Shown here: piece after piece, positions 29,001 to 44,000 of the stretch
Position numbering within the stretch: position 1 is the first letter of the stretch
Layout of the letters: each line of letters opens with the position of its first letter
Assembly: GCA_002633005.1 (NCBI GenBank)
Contig: NMRA01000276.1
Location: forward strand, 13,414-77,413
DNA from: Phoronis australis
Taxonomy: Eukaryota; Animalia; Phoronida
Length of the DNA stretch: 64,000 nt
Reading direction: 5' to 3'
Position numbers and translations under genes: made by a program
The notes under the pieces: model-generated
Database searches by the model: none
The model's input: the letters and a program-made list of their open reading frames with translations, nothing else
What the model was told of the DNA's origin: nothing

Positions 29001-32000
29001 AAATGGTCACTAGGTGGTGCAAATTACGTCGAATCCATCAGAAAACGGGATTATAGCATCATCTCACTAATAGCTGCCTATGTGCCAAATTTTATGTGAA
29101 AATATGTTGATACAGAGGTAAACGTAAGAAACTAAAATTGCCACTAGGGGCACGCCAGTAGTCGGATCCATCCAAAAGTTTGTTCATGCCATCCCATCCA
29201 TGAAAGGAACACGTGCAAAATTTCATGAACAAAGTTACGTAAATGGGTTTTGGAGACAAGAGCAGCGGACGGCAGTCGCCAGCAGCTGGACGGGCACCAA
29301 ACGGACGCCGGCTGGATGGAGATGACAGCATAATGCGTCCACACATAAATATGTGGGCACATAAAAACATATTTTTGTATTCCCTGTTCTTTTTTCTTTT
29401 CTTTCGGAAAACATAATTATTACTTTTACCAGTTGACAAAGCATATTTTTGTGACAAACAAGTTAATAAGGACGTCACTGAATAACGTTTGATATCACCT
29501 TAATTTTATGTTACTCACTTTGGGGAACTGGCGGCCATCATAATGACAAACCACTGTGTTGAGGACACCCAATCTGTGGATATTACCAACTACAGCCTTG
29601 GCTCGCTCACCGTTGGCATCATTGGCAAACAGAACGCCCGTGTTCTTCATCAATGCCGCTATAAGGAAAATAGACAACAAGGTGAGAAAGGAATTCAACA
29701 ACATGACAAGTAAACATAAAATAACAACTTAATGATATGCATACGATATCAACTATTTGACATGCGAAGCATGGATTTCAACTGTTTGACATGCGAAGCA
29801 TGTATTTCAACTGTTTGACGTGCGTGGGATTTATAAAAAATATATGAATCATGTATGACGTGTATTACCCAATACATCACCTTAGAGCTGAGGATCTACC
29901 AAATTTTTTTCACAGATTTTGTGAAACGGACATTATAACATTTGTCTAGTGACATGCACAACTGGGTCACGCGTGTTTTGTAGCCAACACATTTTCCCGT
30001 ACATGGGCGGTGCTGAGTGCTGAGTAAACAAATTCAAATTACCCAATAATGGACAGGGCTTGGAATGACCCACGACAAGAAAGAGGTAATTTTTAGGGCC
30101 CTAAATACACATTTCAATCAAAACCGTACCTCAACAGATCGAAAATAAACATTATTATCACAAGATGCCCTGTAACTGTGTCGTGTTGGCAAAACGCACT
30201 CATCTTAAGCAGTACCTGACATCTATTTCAACAACAATGAAGGCAATTAAATACAACAAAAGATATTTTTAAAATTAAAATAATAAAGATAATGCAGTGT
30301 GAGTGGCAGGAACTTATTCTTGATTTGCTGCAAGGAGACCTAAAAAATTATTTTCAATTCTCATAATTACGATACAAAATTACAAAGAAAATTTGAAAAT
30401 TGATTCAGAGATTATCTAGAAAGCCTGAAATACATGCACATTTAATTCCGACAAACAAATTTAATTCCAACGCAAATGGAAAAAAGACAAGACGAAAACC
30501 TGTGGCTCATACCCCAACTGTTAGCATGGAAAAAATGAAAGTCAAAAACAACATACTTTAAACTATAGAATACATCAATCACAATCCTAAGTTGGCCAAA
30601 CTTTTCAGTTTTAAACACCGTACAAAACAAATCTAAAACTAAAAGACGAGATCTAGATCCTCTAAAGGATACAGTTGTTTGACGAAAAGTAGAATATATT
30701 ATGTAAATAAAACAACAATCATGGATCACTGAAATTTTCGAACATAACAACATCCTTTGTCAAAGAAATAGAATTTTATATTTCTGTTGACAAAGGATGT
30801 TATTATATTCGGAAATTTTCAGTGATCCATGATTGTTGTTTTATTTACGTATATATATTCTCAGCTTCAAACAGTAATTACAAGAGTTAATAGTTCACAA
30901 ACTATGTGACATAAGAAATAACTACAAGGACACTGAAAATAGGCTGGCAGAATTTGTAAACAATGGCTTAGACCAATCAGATCATTCAGAATCTGTCACA
31001 TGATCACTTCTCTCTAGAACTGCAAAACTGAAGTCAGTCAAAATAAGACATTTTAACAAAATAAAACGCGAAAAATGTCAAAATATATTGGAACACATCA
31101 ATGGTAATTTAAAACACATTTGCAGTAACGAAAATAGCACTTTGTATCCCATTTCGGTGGAACGTAGAAATTCGCACTCAGGCAGTCAGGCCTGGCACCA
31201 GCAGCCAACTTAGCAAGTACTGCTGGCACAGGCTTGCACAGCGGATCAAACAAATAATTTCATACATCACTCACATACCACAATTCCAATCCAACAAATT
31301 ACCAATTACCAGTAACTGTTGAATTTCCCTTCAGTAATCGTTGATATTTCTAGTGTTTCATCATATTCAGTCAGTCCTCCGACTTCAAGGCGACTCGGCC
31401 ACGCACGCCGTAATCGTTCCTCTGTCCAAGTTTCCAAAGTGCAAACCCTGACTTTTGTTATTTGAATGTTTCTTCTATCCACTTTTGTTATTTGAATGTT
31501 TCTTCTATCCACTTTTGTTATTTGAATGTTTCTTCTATCCACTTTTGTTATTTGAATGTTTCTTCTATCCACTTTTGTTATTTGAATGTTTCTTCTATCC
31601 ACTTTTGTTATTTGAATGTTTCTTCCACTTTTTCCACAAAATATTCTGTCTACTCCACGCATTACGTATTTTTGGCCGCAGAATTGCACTGTTTGTAAAC
31701 ATAATTTGATACCACATGCAGATGCCATTGGGGAACCATGCTATACCAGGCACAGGTGCTTGAGTTTATCTGTTCCTCGACTGCCACTGACGTCACTTAC
31801 TAAGAAAACATATGCCTCTTATATGTGGTCATCATGAAATTCCAGCCCCTGTGATCCCAGTTGCCGCGGCAATTACGATTTTCATTCCTCCGAAACATAA
31901 AGAGCAGTTATTGGTTTTCGAGTCGTAGGCAATGCCGCGGTGAGAAGTCAATTTGCCGTGATAATTTTATGGCAAATCCGATTTTTTTCACGGAAATATA

Positions 32001-35000
32001 ACAAAAATGCATGGAGGGAATAAGAGAAAAAAGCGAAAATCCGTGTTTCTGCCGAAAATTCCCAGCCTTGAATGGAAACCTGCATGGAGTCGGACATTAT
32101 TTCGAGGCTTTTCACTTCATGGAGAATGAATTGTTTAATAAGTAATTAACCAGGACAAGTCCGACATTTTTGTAATGAAATATGCATCAATATGTCATTT
32201 GGCAAGAAGGGAAACATTTCACAGATTTTTTCCAGCAGGATGTTTCTCAAATGTCGAAATTGCCACTAGGGGGCAAAACGTTTGGCAAATCCGTCCAAAA
32301 GTCGCCTGGGTCTGTTATCAACTTCATATAAATATACTTGCTACATTTAATATAGATGCTGCAGAGGGTTTAGGTGATACAGCCATAGGCGCAAAAAAAA
32401 ACAAAACTGCTACTAGGAGGCGCCATAGAAGTCGAAGTTATTGCAACATCATGACCAGCTGTCTTCTACGTAGCAGGAACATATATGCCGATTTTCCTAA
32501 ATATCCCATAGAATGCTTTGGTTGATAGAGGGGCGAACTCCAAAAACATAGTTTACTTGAAACAGTACATATGGCCACTAGGTGGCGCAAAGTAAAATGA
32601 ATCCATCCGAAAACAGGAAGGTAGTGTAATCTCACTAGTAAAAGCCTATTTGACGTCTGCAAAATTTCATGAAAATGCAAAAAAGCATTTGGAGATAAAG
32701 CAGCGGACGTGAGACAGGGATGGCGGTGTAATGTCTCCACATATAAATATGTGGGAGCATAACAAAAGGGCTTTCAAGGCAGATTTTCAGTTTAATGCCT
32801 TTTTAAGGTTAAGGGTCAACATTCCAGACTTTTTCAAGACTTCGGAATATGAATATTGATTGAATACACAGTTGATATCAAGTGACAAACATTCATTCTT
32901 TCAGTTGTCAGTGACTAATTCAAATCCTTTGCACAGCCATTGCAGATAGAGGAAGGACAATCCAACTGACCTATGTAAGTGGTCTTTCCACCAGGCGCTG
33001 CTGACATGTCCAGGACTCTTTCATTCTCTTGCGGAGCCAAAGCCATGACTGGCAGGAAGCTGGAGCCCCCTTGTAGCATATAGTGTCCTGCCAGGTACTC
33101 GGGTGTGGCACCTATAACCAGAGTAAGACCTCATATTAAGGAATACTGCACCACTCTAATTAACCTAAATTTTGGACAAACAGGCATCCTGGATAAAGCA
33201 AATTTAGAGAAATTGGTCCACATGGTTGCTTGTTCATGACACAAATACAACTTCTAACTGCCCAACAAAAAGATGTAATACGGTTACACTGGACCATAAA
33301 AAATTTTCAATTTTGGCCAACTTCGGAACATCGTATCTCAGAAGTGGATGAACACATTCACAAAAAACATATGTTCCACTTTTGTGTGACAGACTATTAA
33401 AAATGGGACTTTCATGGTTTTTGTGAAAAACTTTATAAGTTGAATAAAATGAAAATTAAAAAAAACTGTTACAGCTTTCTTGAGACTTTATCTTAGCATT
33501 TATATTAATGGCCAGAAGTCTAGAAAATAGTCAGATGGAATTTGGTAGTTGTAACAATAGGGCTTGCTAAAGTGCACTGCAAAAATAGTACAACAGAGCT
33601 ATCTAGTGGAACATTTTAAAGAGGATCTGACAAGAGCAAGGGTTAATAAACTAAGAGCTGGTCAATTGCATCGTGGGTAGTAAGATGCTACCTAAACGTG
33701 GTGCCTCATAAGGGACTATGACCAACAAGAATAATTGTGGGTAGTCAGATACTGCCTACATAATTTATGTTGATGCGTCACGAAGAATTGTGGCCAGCGT
33801 ATTGTATTGTGGGTAGAGCGATACTACAAACTTGTGTTGCGTCACGAAGGACTATGACCAGCAACTACACTGTCGCAGTACAGCAGGGCTCGACATAACG
33901 AGCTGCAGGTCGCATTTGCGACCTGAAATTTGGAAATGCGAGCTGAGATTTTTGTCAGGTCGTATCAAATCGTAAAATGCGACCTGGAATTTCCAACGAA
34001 TGCGAGCTGAGTTTTTACACTTCTCAACAGATACCTGGCAAATACAAAGCAGCTCTTGTTAATCCGACCGTTATTTGGTTGTTGCCAAATCCAAGTTCAA
34101 AAGAACACTAACCGAGAACAGCCCTCCCGATGACTTGTAAGCAAGTCGCGTGAACATGGGATATGCAGAATCGATCTTTGACGCGTTTCATTGGCTAACA
34201 CTTTCGGCCACTTTTGTAAATTCCCGGATTCGCTGAAGAAAGTTTCGGGCCACTGCTGTACACGTGATAAAACTTCACAAAATAACGGTGTTTCTATTAA
34301 TTCTTAAGCGATCAACTTACCAAACTTTGTGGTGGACAAAAATATTTATTTTTCACAGAAGATGTCCTTATTACATGTACCAAATATCCACGACAATATC
34401 CCTGATATCGCACTGCGGCACCGTTAACGCGCACGCAGTCCCGGCAGACAATCGTGACTTAGACTGAGATGTGCTTCTCCTTTTTATCGTATTAAGACAG
34501 CCAAAGTGAAAATGACAACCTTATTAATCGCCAAACGACGGTCACGTCTTTACTTTCAGTTGCCAAGAAATTCTCAAACCCTTTACTTGTTTCTGGGGCT
34601 ACGTGCGCGAAATATGATTTGTCTTTCACACGTTGTTGCCATCGTAAAGTGTAGGCCTACTCCAGCGATTCAAGTGTGTGAACTCACGCGTGCACCACTT
34701 CAAAGAACAGCGACAGTTCTAAATGAAAGAGTATACCGTCTTGGCTCTGGTTTATTTGAAATTGAACTCAGATTCCAAGCCGTTATAAAAGACCCGATGT
34801 CCCCGGGACCGATATAACCCAGAACTGAAGTTTTCCTGTTTTAGTACGATGTTTCCCGAGGTCGGTGTTCTGTAAACCCTGTATTCTATGCCCGTAGCCA
34901 GCTATTGCAAATTGCAACTTAACTAGCAGTAGATGCGAAATTGTGGTTGAAGTTATTGAACATTTCATTCTTCTCTTTATACACCCCCCCCCGGCAACTT

Positions 35001-38000
35001 TTCGCTCCCCGAACCACCGTCGCCGTAAAATGTTCAGACTCCTATAGAAACAACCTTGTTCCGGCTGAAGCGGGCAGTTAAAAACAAAATCATTCCGGGT
35101 GGCTAAAAAGGGTACAATGTAGGTGGTAACGATATCCAGAAAGTCACCCCTACTAGATGGAGTTTGCCTCGCAAAATCGTATTATTATAACGTTTCTTAC
35201 CATTACAGCGTTTTAATATCTTATTACCGCAAACACTGAGGTTAACGACTATGCTCACGCACAAGCCTACTCCCTACCTTTAAAGTGTTTCATAATAAGC
35301 GCTCACTGATCTACATGTATTAAAAGTCTCCCCTTAAATTTTGAGAATTTCCAATTATGCGCCCACACTTCAAGCTAGCGCCCATCATAGCGCACTACAA
35401 ACGACCGCGTGTGGTTTAAAATTGACACGCAGCTTATATGGTGTGTCACTTTCATTTTACACAACTTGAGTTTTCAAAAACGTCTTTTCACAATATGTAA
35501 AAACCAAATCCCAGCTTTGTTTTATACCTCGGAAAGAAAGTTAACACTAGTGACATGCGTGTCGTTTTGTGACTGACCTATTTTTTCCGTACTTGGAAGG
35601 TATTGAAGAGCAAACTCGCCGTTACCCAAGTTAGTTTGAATCTTTAACGACTTTGAGGACAGCCAGTAGCAGGCCAGATCTTACAAAATCCCGGATACTT
35701 TTTCAACGGGCATTTTCTCCCTTTTCACATCGCAAATTTAGCTACTCGAATGCACAAGACAGTTAGAGAGCACTGATTCAACTTTCACGTCGGCAACTTT
35801 AATGCCTTGCGCTCTAGAGTCTTTCAATGGCGGTCGTGAAGAACAGTAAGGCCGTACCTGCATGAATGAAGTCAATTTTGAGATCCGAAATTTGTGAGTA
35901 TTTAACGCTGCAGGTAAGAGCATAATCTAAACATTTTCTCGATGATCTAAAAAATCTATTTTGGCGCGTAAAAATGGCGGGAAAATTTTGCGACCTGGCA
36001 TTTACTAATGCGAGCTGGATTTTGAAAATGCGACCTGGGATTTTGGCTAGGTCGCAAAATGCGACCTGGCGATTTTAATAGGGTTGAGCCCTGTACAGTG
36101 TGCAATAGTATAAGGAAGGACCAATAGGACTGTCATCCAACGAATATCGAGTCCAACAGCTTGGATAGCAGATAAGAGATTTGATTATTTATAGTTAAAT
36201 GATTGACGTAATCCTTTCAGAGGATGCTAGCATACTCTTCTCCACTGATATTGTAATTAATTAACAACAGGTTTCACTTGATTTAATTTGTGGTTATCAT
36301 GCAATAAATTAATTACTAGATTTAATCATCGTCTTGCCATTAATGCACAATCACAAAGCATAGATATCTTTTAAACTAAACCAACAGTCAACTTCTGACA
36401 ATGGTCACATGACCTTATTAATGGCAGAGTAGTGTAAAGTCAACCATCACACTCTAGAGGATTTCTGCTTTCAGAAAATATGTACTTTCATCAAGTTTAA
36501 TTTTATACAACTGTTAACTGGCTGCGTATAGACTTGTCAACAATGTCATACAAAATCTTAATGTTTCTTACACATACAACATGGCAGTGGTTGAGTAGGG
36601 TCACTGACAATGACCAACAGTCAAGTGAGGACCAGTGACTGTTGCTGACCAGGGTTACATTCCATTTTTGTTCAAAACTCATCAACAAAAACGCCTAATT
36701 GCAGGGTTTCCCCTGCGTGTAAACTTCTAGGCGGCCCGCCACGCTCCTTTTTGGTAGCGCCACTCATAAATCATACTCAAATTGACCGCCACACACCTAA
36801 TCGTGATGGGGAAACTTCACCGCCACGCAAAAGTTGCTAGTAAAAATGATCGCTAGTAAAAATGATCGCTAGTAAAAATGATCGCCAGTAAAAATGATCG
36901 CTATTAAAAGTGATGGCTAGTAAAAATGATCGCTAGTAAAATGATCGCTAGTAATAACGAATAAGTACAAGTCACACGGCACCTATCGCCATTTGTGGAT
37001 TGAAAGGGAAAAATAATAATTTATTGTGCCCCCGTTAAACACAACCATTCAATTCCCAATCCCCTTTCGTACCTCGTTTCTGCCTGGTTATCCGACAATG
37101 CATTTAAACTTAATACAGCCGGGGACCAGGCAGCGACCTCAACACAAATTTTCTAAAATGAGAAAGCGCCAGGGCTTGCTAATGAAGTAAGAAACAGTGA
37201 GATTTCTGCTTCATTCATTTTATCGTGTCCGAGTTTACAAAAGACATTGGGAATTATCCAACTGTTTAATCAACCTGTGCCAAAATGACGATATTGAATG
37301 TTAACCAGTCTCAGATTCGTCTGCATGGACTGGATTATACATCGTCTACTACGCCGGCCAACGCCAATCCACTATCACTGATTTATGTTTAGCAAGATGA
37401 TATCAGAGGAAGTTTCGTTACACGAATTAGTTTATTACGTCTACAAAATTCACATTTTTTTTGTTCTATGTTTGTCACTTCGTGGATAATTGAACTGTTT
37501 TTTATGTACTCAAGAGTCAAGTGCGACAGAGATCACACTATGCCAGACCCTTTAAACATTGCCAATTTCTCTTGCGAAGTGTCCTTTACCCAGATACTTC
37601 TACTACACGATGCTCGGCTACGGGTCTTGTCTATAAGCAAACTGCAACCAATTACATCTCATTTTTAAATTTTGCTTGGGGAAGGTCTCCCCCCCTCCCG
37701 ATGGGAGGATCTCACTTCATCCCATGCTCGCATGTGGCGCCGGGGTCCACATCCGCGCCGAGCATTCACCACCATGCTCCTTTCGAGACCCAGACAATAG
37801 GGGGATCTCACTTCTCATATTCGCGAGCAGCAACGGGCTTTGCATCCCGTTTTAGCCATTTACCACCACGCTCCTTTCAAAACCCAGGGGAAATCCTGAA
37901 TTGTATACTACAGCCTGCCAAACATAGTACTTCTATATCCATTCAGGAGTAGAGACTAATCACTCACCAATGGGAACTTGTGAATCGTAGATTACCAAGC

Positions 38001-41000
38001 CCACTTTGGACCACTTGCCGATTGGATCAAGGTTCATGCCTCGGTTGATGAGTGCCTGTGCCAGATCACGCCGTCTAGTCTTCAGAGTGTTCGTCCGTAT
38101 AGTGACAGGACGATCGACTTCGTTGGCTTCCAAAAACTCAACAATCTAAAAGAGTGACATGACTTTTAAGATGGTTGAAGGCACTGGTCCCATTTAGTGT
38201 CAAATTGATGTCAACGTCTAGACTAATGAACAAGTTCATCAGTCCAATGGTGAGTTTACTTTGTTAGGGGTCATTCATAATGTCCATGAGGGGTCGTAGT
38301 CTGCTGCAAGTTTACACCGTTGACATTGTTAGGGGTCATTCATAATGTCAAAGACTTCCAATTTCAGGAGGTGTCGCAGTCTGCTGCAAGTCTACACCTT
38401 TGACATCATTAGGGGTCATTCATAATGTCCAAGACATCCAATTTCAGGAGGGGTCGCAGTCTGCTGCAAGTCTACACCTTTGACATTGTTAGGGGTCATT
38501 CATAATGTCCAAGACATCCAATTTCAGGAGGGTCTTAGTCTTAACAATTCTGATCAATAAAATCTGTTGTTAGTTATAGTTGTCATCTATTTTTAACATA
38601 AACATCACAATGACAATCAGCAAATACTGGTAACCATGTTTTTGGGGGAATACCTCCCCATGACGTCAGGGTGACATCATACACAATCCCCGCCAGTGTC
38701 AAGAAATGTTACATCCAGCACTACCTACACTACACTTAATGTTTCAAATTGTAGTACACTAAAGACCCAACGTTTAAAGGATTTGCAGTCGTCCTAAGGA
38801 TATTTGCTGATGCGGATGATGAATTAGCACTCTTATGTATTCGACAGAGAAGCCCATTTAGGATACTGTGACTGCCTCAGAAAATACACGGTGTTGAAAG
38901 AAATACCCGCCAAATTTCTAGGACTGACCTGCAGTACAAATTTCGCCAGTGCACAGCACGTTACTTCGGCTGTGAAACAGGTCAGGATTTGACTTTAAAA
39001 CTGCGAGAAAGAATGGTTGTTTTCAAGAATAAATTTGTTGTAGGGTAGTATGAAAGACTGTGACTGACTTAAGACCTGGTAGGTGTCTATTTTAACAATG
39101 TGTTAATAATGCACTGCAGAAGATGCTAACAACACGATGTCCCTGGTAACCACTGGTAGCCAACTCCAGCAATTACAAATAGTGAGTAAAACCCTCGGAA
39201 ATAAGAGTGGATTGTAAAAAAAAGCTCCAAATTCAAACACTTGAACTCGTGAGTGCTGAACAATTTTGAGGTTTTTTGTGGTCATCATCTTTTACAAGGT
39301 CAAATTCACAAATGCGAGTATGAGTGCTAAAATTTTCATCAGTGTCAAGCGCTGGTAGGCCTACGTTGTGAATTTGTTGTAGATAAGTGAATGTTCTCTT
39401 TAGACTTCTGAATTGCAATACTGCAGTGTGGTATGGCGTAGTAAAACCAAGAAAACACATGACCTCAAGAATATATTTCTTCCTGTTCTTTCGAATTCAA
39501 GATAATTGTTTTGTGATAAGTTTAAATTATCTTGCTCAACTGCAATAAAGTAATATACATCAGTCTGTTCTTTTGAAAGCTTCAAGTAACATTGAGTTCT
39601 GAAGTCGTGCTGTGAATAATCTAACAAACAGATCTCAATTTTTTGCAGTCTAGTGACAATGCACACATCCTGAATGGAGCAAACCTTTTCAGGTTTGTTT
39701 AGTTTCCTTCCTGCAAACAGTGTGCTGAAATGCAAGGAAAATATCCTTTTTATGTGAATTACAACTTTTCTCTGACCAGGAGGGGGAAACCCCCTTCCGT
39801 CCTCCCCTTTGGTACTGCATGCCTCATAATCGCGCTATGCGTGACTCATTCTCACGAATTTGGACTCTCACTTTTCAAATCCTAGATCTTTTCCCAGATT
39901 TACTTTCGCCAGGATTGTCCATCTCAACTAAGAATGCCATTTTATCAACCTGGCAGATCATACAACGTATTTTCTTAACTCTGCCAAAGAAGAGAGTTCA
40001 CATAAGAAACTAATAACCTGTGCCACAGGCAGTCCTTACCTCCAGAGGAAACAACTCCATCAACTTTTCCATCAGGAAGTCGTTGTAACTGTAGTACATA
40101 CACAGATCTTTCCTCAGCAACGTCAGATACTCCTTACGGCTCCTACAGCAAGTCATTGACATAATGCAGTACCCAACACAGCCAGATTGTTTAGTACAAG
40201 TCTAGTACAAAATGTCTGCCAACTCATTTCATTTGTTCATGACTCAGTTGATACTGTAACTGTTTCTAAACATCGTTTTTTACTCACGGGTTTCAACTGT
40301 ACTCAGTATTTCTACCAATAAACAATTATTTTCAGAAACATTCTGAAATTTTACTTTAACAAAAATTGCAACCTGGAATTTGTTGGCTTCATTATTTCAC
40401 ACTTATGATGATAGGCCAATGTAACAAGGCAACCAGCCTTAGAAAGTCAACTGACACAAAACTCATATAAACACATCACTGCCACAATGCTGTTCAAAAT
40501 GCTCACAAAACAACACACAATGAACAAAATTTTGTTGAAGTTATCCCAGATTGTCAAGACACAAAAGCTCTATTTGTAGAAAAATATAGTAATTAGTTGC
40601 GCTGAACTCATCATTAGTTCGGTTATGCAAGTTTTGCCAGCAGCAGGTGGGGGGGGGAGGGGCAATGGAAAGTGAGGCCACCAAAACAAGGTAACTTCAT
40701 AATTGTGTGAGGTGCAAAAGTCCTGGCGACTACAAACGACGCAAAGCTATGAACTGAATTGAAGCACTGGCGAACTGATGGAACACCTAGGATCAGGACA
40801 CCGGTGACCTTTTTCAGTCAAGAGACAAATTACATGTATATCATGGGACCAATTTTCCCTTCAAGCTCAATAATCTGTGTAGGCTACATAAAAGCAGATG
40901 AACATGAACATAACACCTTGTCCGTGCATGAGTCAAGAATGAGCCCTTCCAGATTTTGCTGAACAATAGCGAATGCGCAAATCCCAATGGGCATGCCCCA

Positions 41001-44000
41001 CAACAGTTCCTCTCTATTGCATTCTGGGATAGTATGTATGTCTAGCAGCACCGTGAGAGTTTCTATATACAGAAGAGTTTATTATATTTAGCTGCCGTTT
41101 TCAATTATTAAGACTTGAAAAAATATGTTACAAATTATCAGTAACTTATAAAAATTATAATTTTAAAATCTTGTACAATCCAAGACACAGGGCTTGGAAT
41201 GTCAAATGGCTAAAAAAGAGGAAATTTTTACGGCCCGAAACATGCGCGCAGGCAGCCTTGAAAAAGTCGGTGTGGATCTTTTGCCGACAAAAATCGAGAC
41301 TAAAAAACAAAAAGAAAACGGTACCACCTCCGGCAGCGTGCGTCTGTCTTAGCTCGTTCGCCACTCCCGCCTCCAAACATTTTTGGCTGCAGAGTCGTAG
41401 TATTCGTCGCCGCGGTTTACAATCACACGAGCCGCCATTGAGGAAATCCACCACGCTATCCCAGATGCCCCGGCAATGTTGACAATTTACGTTCCTCCGA
41501 AACATAAGAGCAACTTCCGCTTTTCGAGGTGAAAGTCGTCGGCAACACGGCGGTAAGAAAGAAATTTGCCGCGGAAATTTTATGTCAAATCTGATTTTTT
41601 TTACGCGGAAACGCGGAAATATAATAAAATACGCGGACAGAACATTTGAAAAAAGCGGAACTCCGCGTTTCCGCGGAAAATTCCAAGCCCTGAAGACATA
41701 TGCTTATACTAGTTTACCTGGCCCTGGTATCCAATCTCCGTGATAAGACTCGAATCATACTCAAACTCACCGCACTTCATTGCTGTCAATTTTTAAAGTC
41801 CTTACTGGCGAATGCTAATCCCATGTTGACGAGTCATTACAAGGGTCAAAAGCAGCTGTGGGGTGGGGATTGCCGTGATTGAAGTGCGTGTGCAACGGTT
41901 TGTTCGACATTACTGGAAATTTTTGGAAACTATAGTAAATTTTGACAATCAGAACTTCTTCGAAGCGGCAGGGATAACTCACTTGTTTAGTCATCAGTGT
42001 CTGTAATATGCGGTGCATGGCAAATCGGCAAAGTGTTGTTTAGATAATGCAGGAGCTCATGACTGGACGCGATCCAAGGCACTTGTATTCGAATAGTTCT
42101 AGCCAAATACACGGCAGTATCTCACGTAATCTGGCCACAAAGTTTTGATTTTAGCTAGGTCCTACCGTAGTTCCAAGCGTTTTGAACTCATGCCAGGTTT
42201 AGTGAAACCAGGACATTGCCTTCCTATAGCAGTAAAATACGTATTCTCATGCCCTTTATTGAAGGAGACACAGGCTTGACAAGGATATCACATCCGTGGC
42301 CAATCTTTCTGTGATTCCCCGTGACAGTACACGAAACCTAACCACCATGTGCATTGAAATAAAAAAGACGTGGTCCACTGTGACTGCAAGCCAACTTGCG
42401 TCGCTGTACCCATCTTGGTAAACGCATGTTTTTAATAACTTCACTCCTGACACCAAAATGGAAGCGCCCAACCAAAGTCAAGAGCGCAAAAAATCAACTT
42501 GTCATTAGCGCAAGTCAAACATTCTGTCAACGCTCCACGTGGATAAAAACTGGTTTTTTGAACTTTTGATTTGCCTGATGACTTTTTACAAGAAGTATTT
42601 TTGCTTCATTATTTTGGCACCTGACTGAGCACCCCTATTGCCTTAAAGTGGTATTGTCCAATTGCTGGGCACGTGCAGTATTTCTTTTTGATTTAAATAA
42701 AATAACTTTATTAATCGCTTCTGGGCTAAACATTCGTTGCAACAACACCTGGCAACACTGTACACAATCGCTTGTCTTAGCGATAGAAGCATACATTTCC
42801 CACAATGCAACTGCGGCGACAAAATCAAATATGGCGGATTTGCACATTCGCTATTCAATGTACACAATCATACTTACTTAAGAGTGGTATGGTTAATAGA
42901 CGGTTGGACACTAAAGGCAGACTAAAAACAGTAAAAATGGCCACTAGATGGTGCAAAACAGTCTAATTCATCCGGAAACAAGAACATGCCATTGTTTCTC
43001 ATAGAAAGCTATTTACCAAATTTCATAAAAATTTATCAAGGAAGTTCATAGAAAAAGAGGAAAACACAAAGAATGAAATTTCCACAAGGGGGCACAGTGT
43101 TCGCCAGAACAGTCAAAAATGGGAGGATAGAGTCATCTCACCAATAGATGCCTATGTGCCAAATTTCATGAAAACCCACTGAAGACCACCTTTGAAGATA
43201 CAGAAGTAAAAGTAAAAAACTAAAATTGCCACTAGGGGGCACACCAGCAGTCAGATCTGAAATTGGTCAACCGTTGTCAGCTTCACAGGAACACATCTTG
43301 CAAATCTCATCAAGACTCTGAAAGCAATTTAGGAGATACAGCTGCAGACGCTGGACACCCAGAGAGAGATGACGGCTATGTGCACCCACGTATAAATATG
43401 AGGGCTCATAAAAATTATAACATGGCATGAAATGATGGCCACTATCTTGACTCTCTCAGCTAGTCGGACATATACTGGCAAAAAAGTTTTATTAGCACAT
43501 TTTTAATTAAGGAGAATGACACCAAAAAAGGATTTTGTATCAATTTAGATCAAGTAGTTCTACTTGATAACAGCAAGTTGAATTTTTTTACCTGACAAAA
43601 GATGACAGAGAGAGGTGCCAAAACTAACCAATGACATCACAGGTTCTAACACAGTCTGCTCAGCAGTTCACAAGATGATTACTGGAGTCAGCTTATTGTT
43701 TGAAATCATCACTTTACACCAATCGATCACAAAAATTTGATGTAAAAAAATTACCCATACATGGACTTCTTAAACAAATGAGTTCTTTTATTTTGCTGTT
43801 GCGGACTCATAGAAATTTTGAACGTACTGTAGCTTACAAAGTTCAGTAGACCAACTTACCGAGGTCAGTCATGTGAAGTTTGGAGTGTGTTTGATGATTC
43901 TTCCGTGAAATACAGACAGGAAAGCATAGCCATGTGTTGTAATTTTAGACTTGCAAATTTTTTCAGTCCTAAACACAGAATGCTTGTTATAACCTGTCGC

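Larger units (their letters stand above)
30054..32070 (+). mobile_element. Longer member of the 6-bp-TSD hAT-like family
   Basis: AATGGA|CAGGGCTTGGAAT...ATTCCCAGCCTTG|AATGGA; last 200 bp similar to the short copies. Confidence 0.82.

Noticed and set aside
31306-31728. 140-aa ORF with [10 protein letters not shown] repeats
   Set aside because: Kept open by a 30-bp minisatellite inside a transposon; no recognisable domain.
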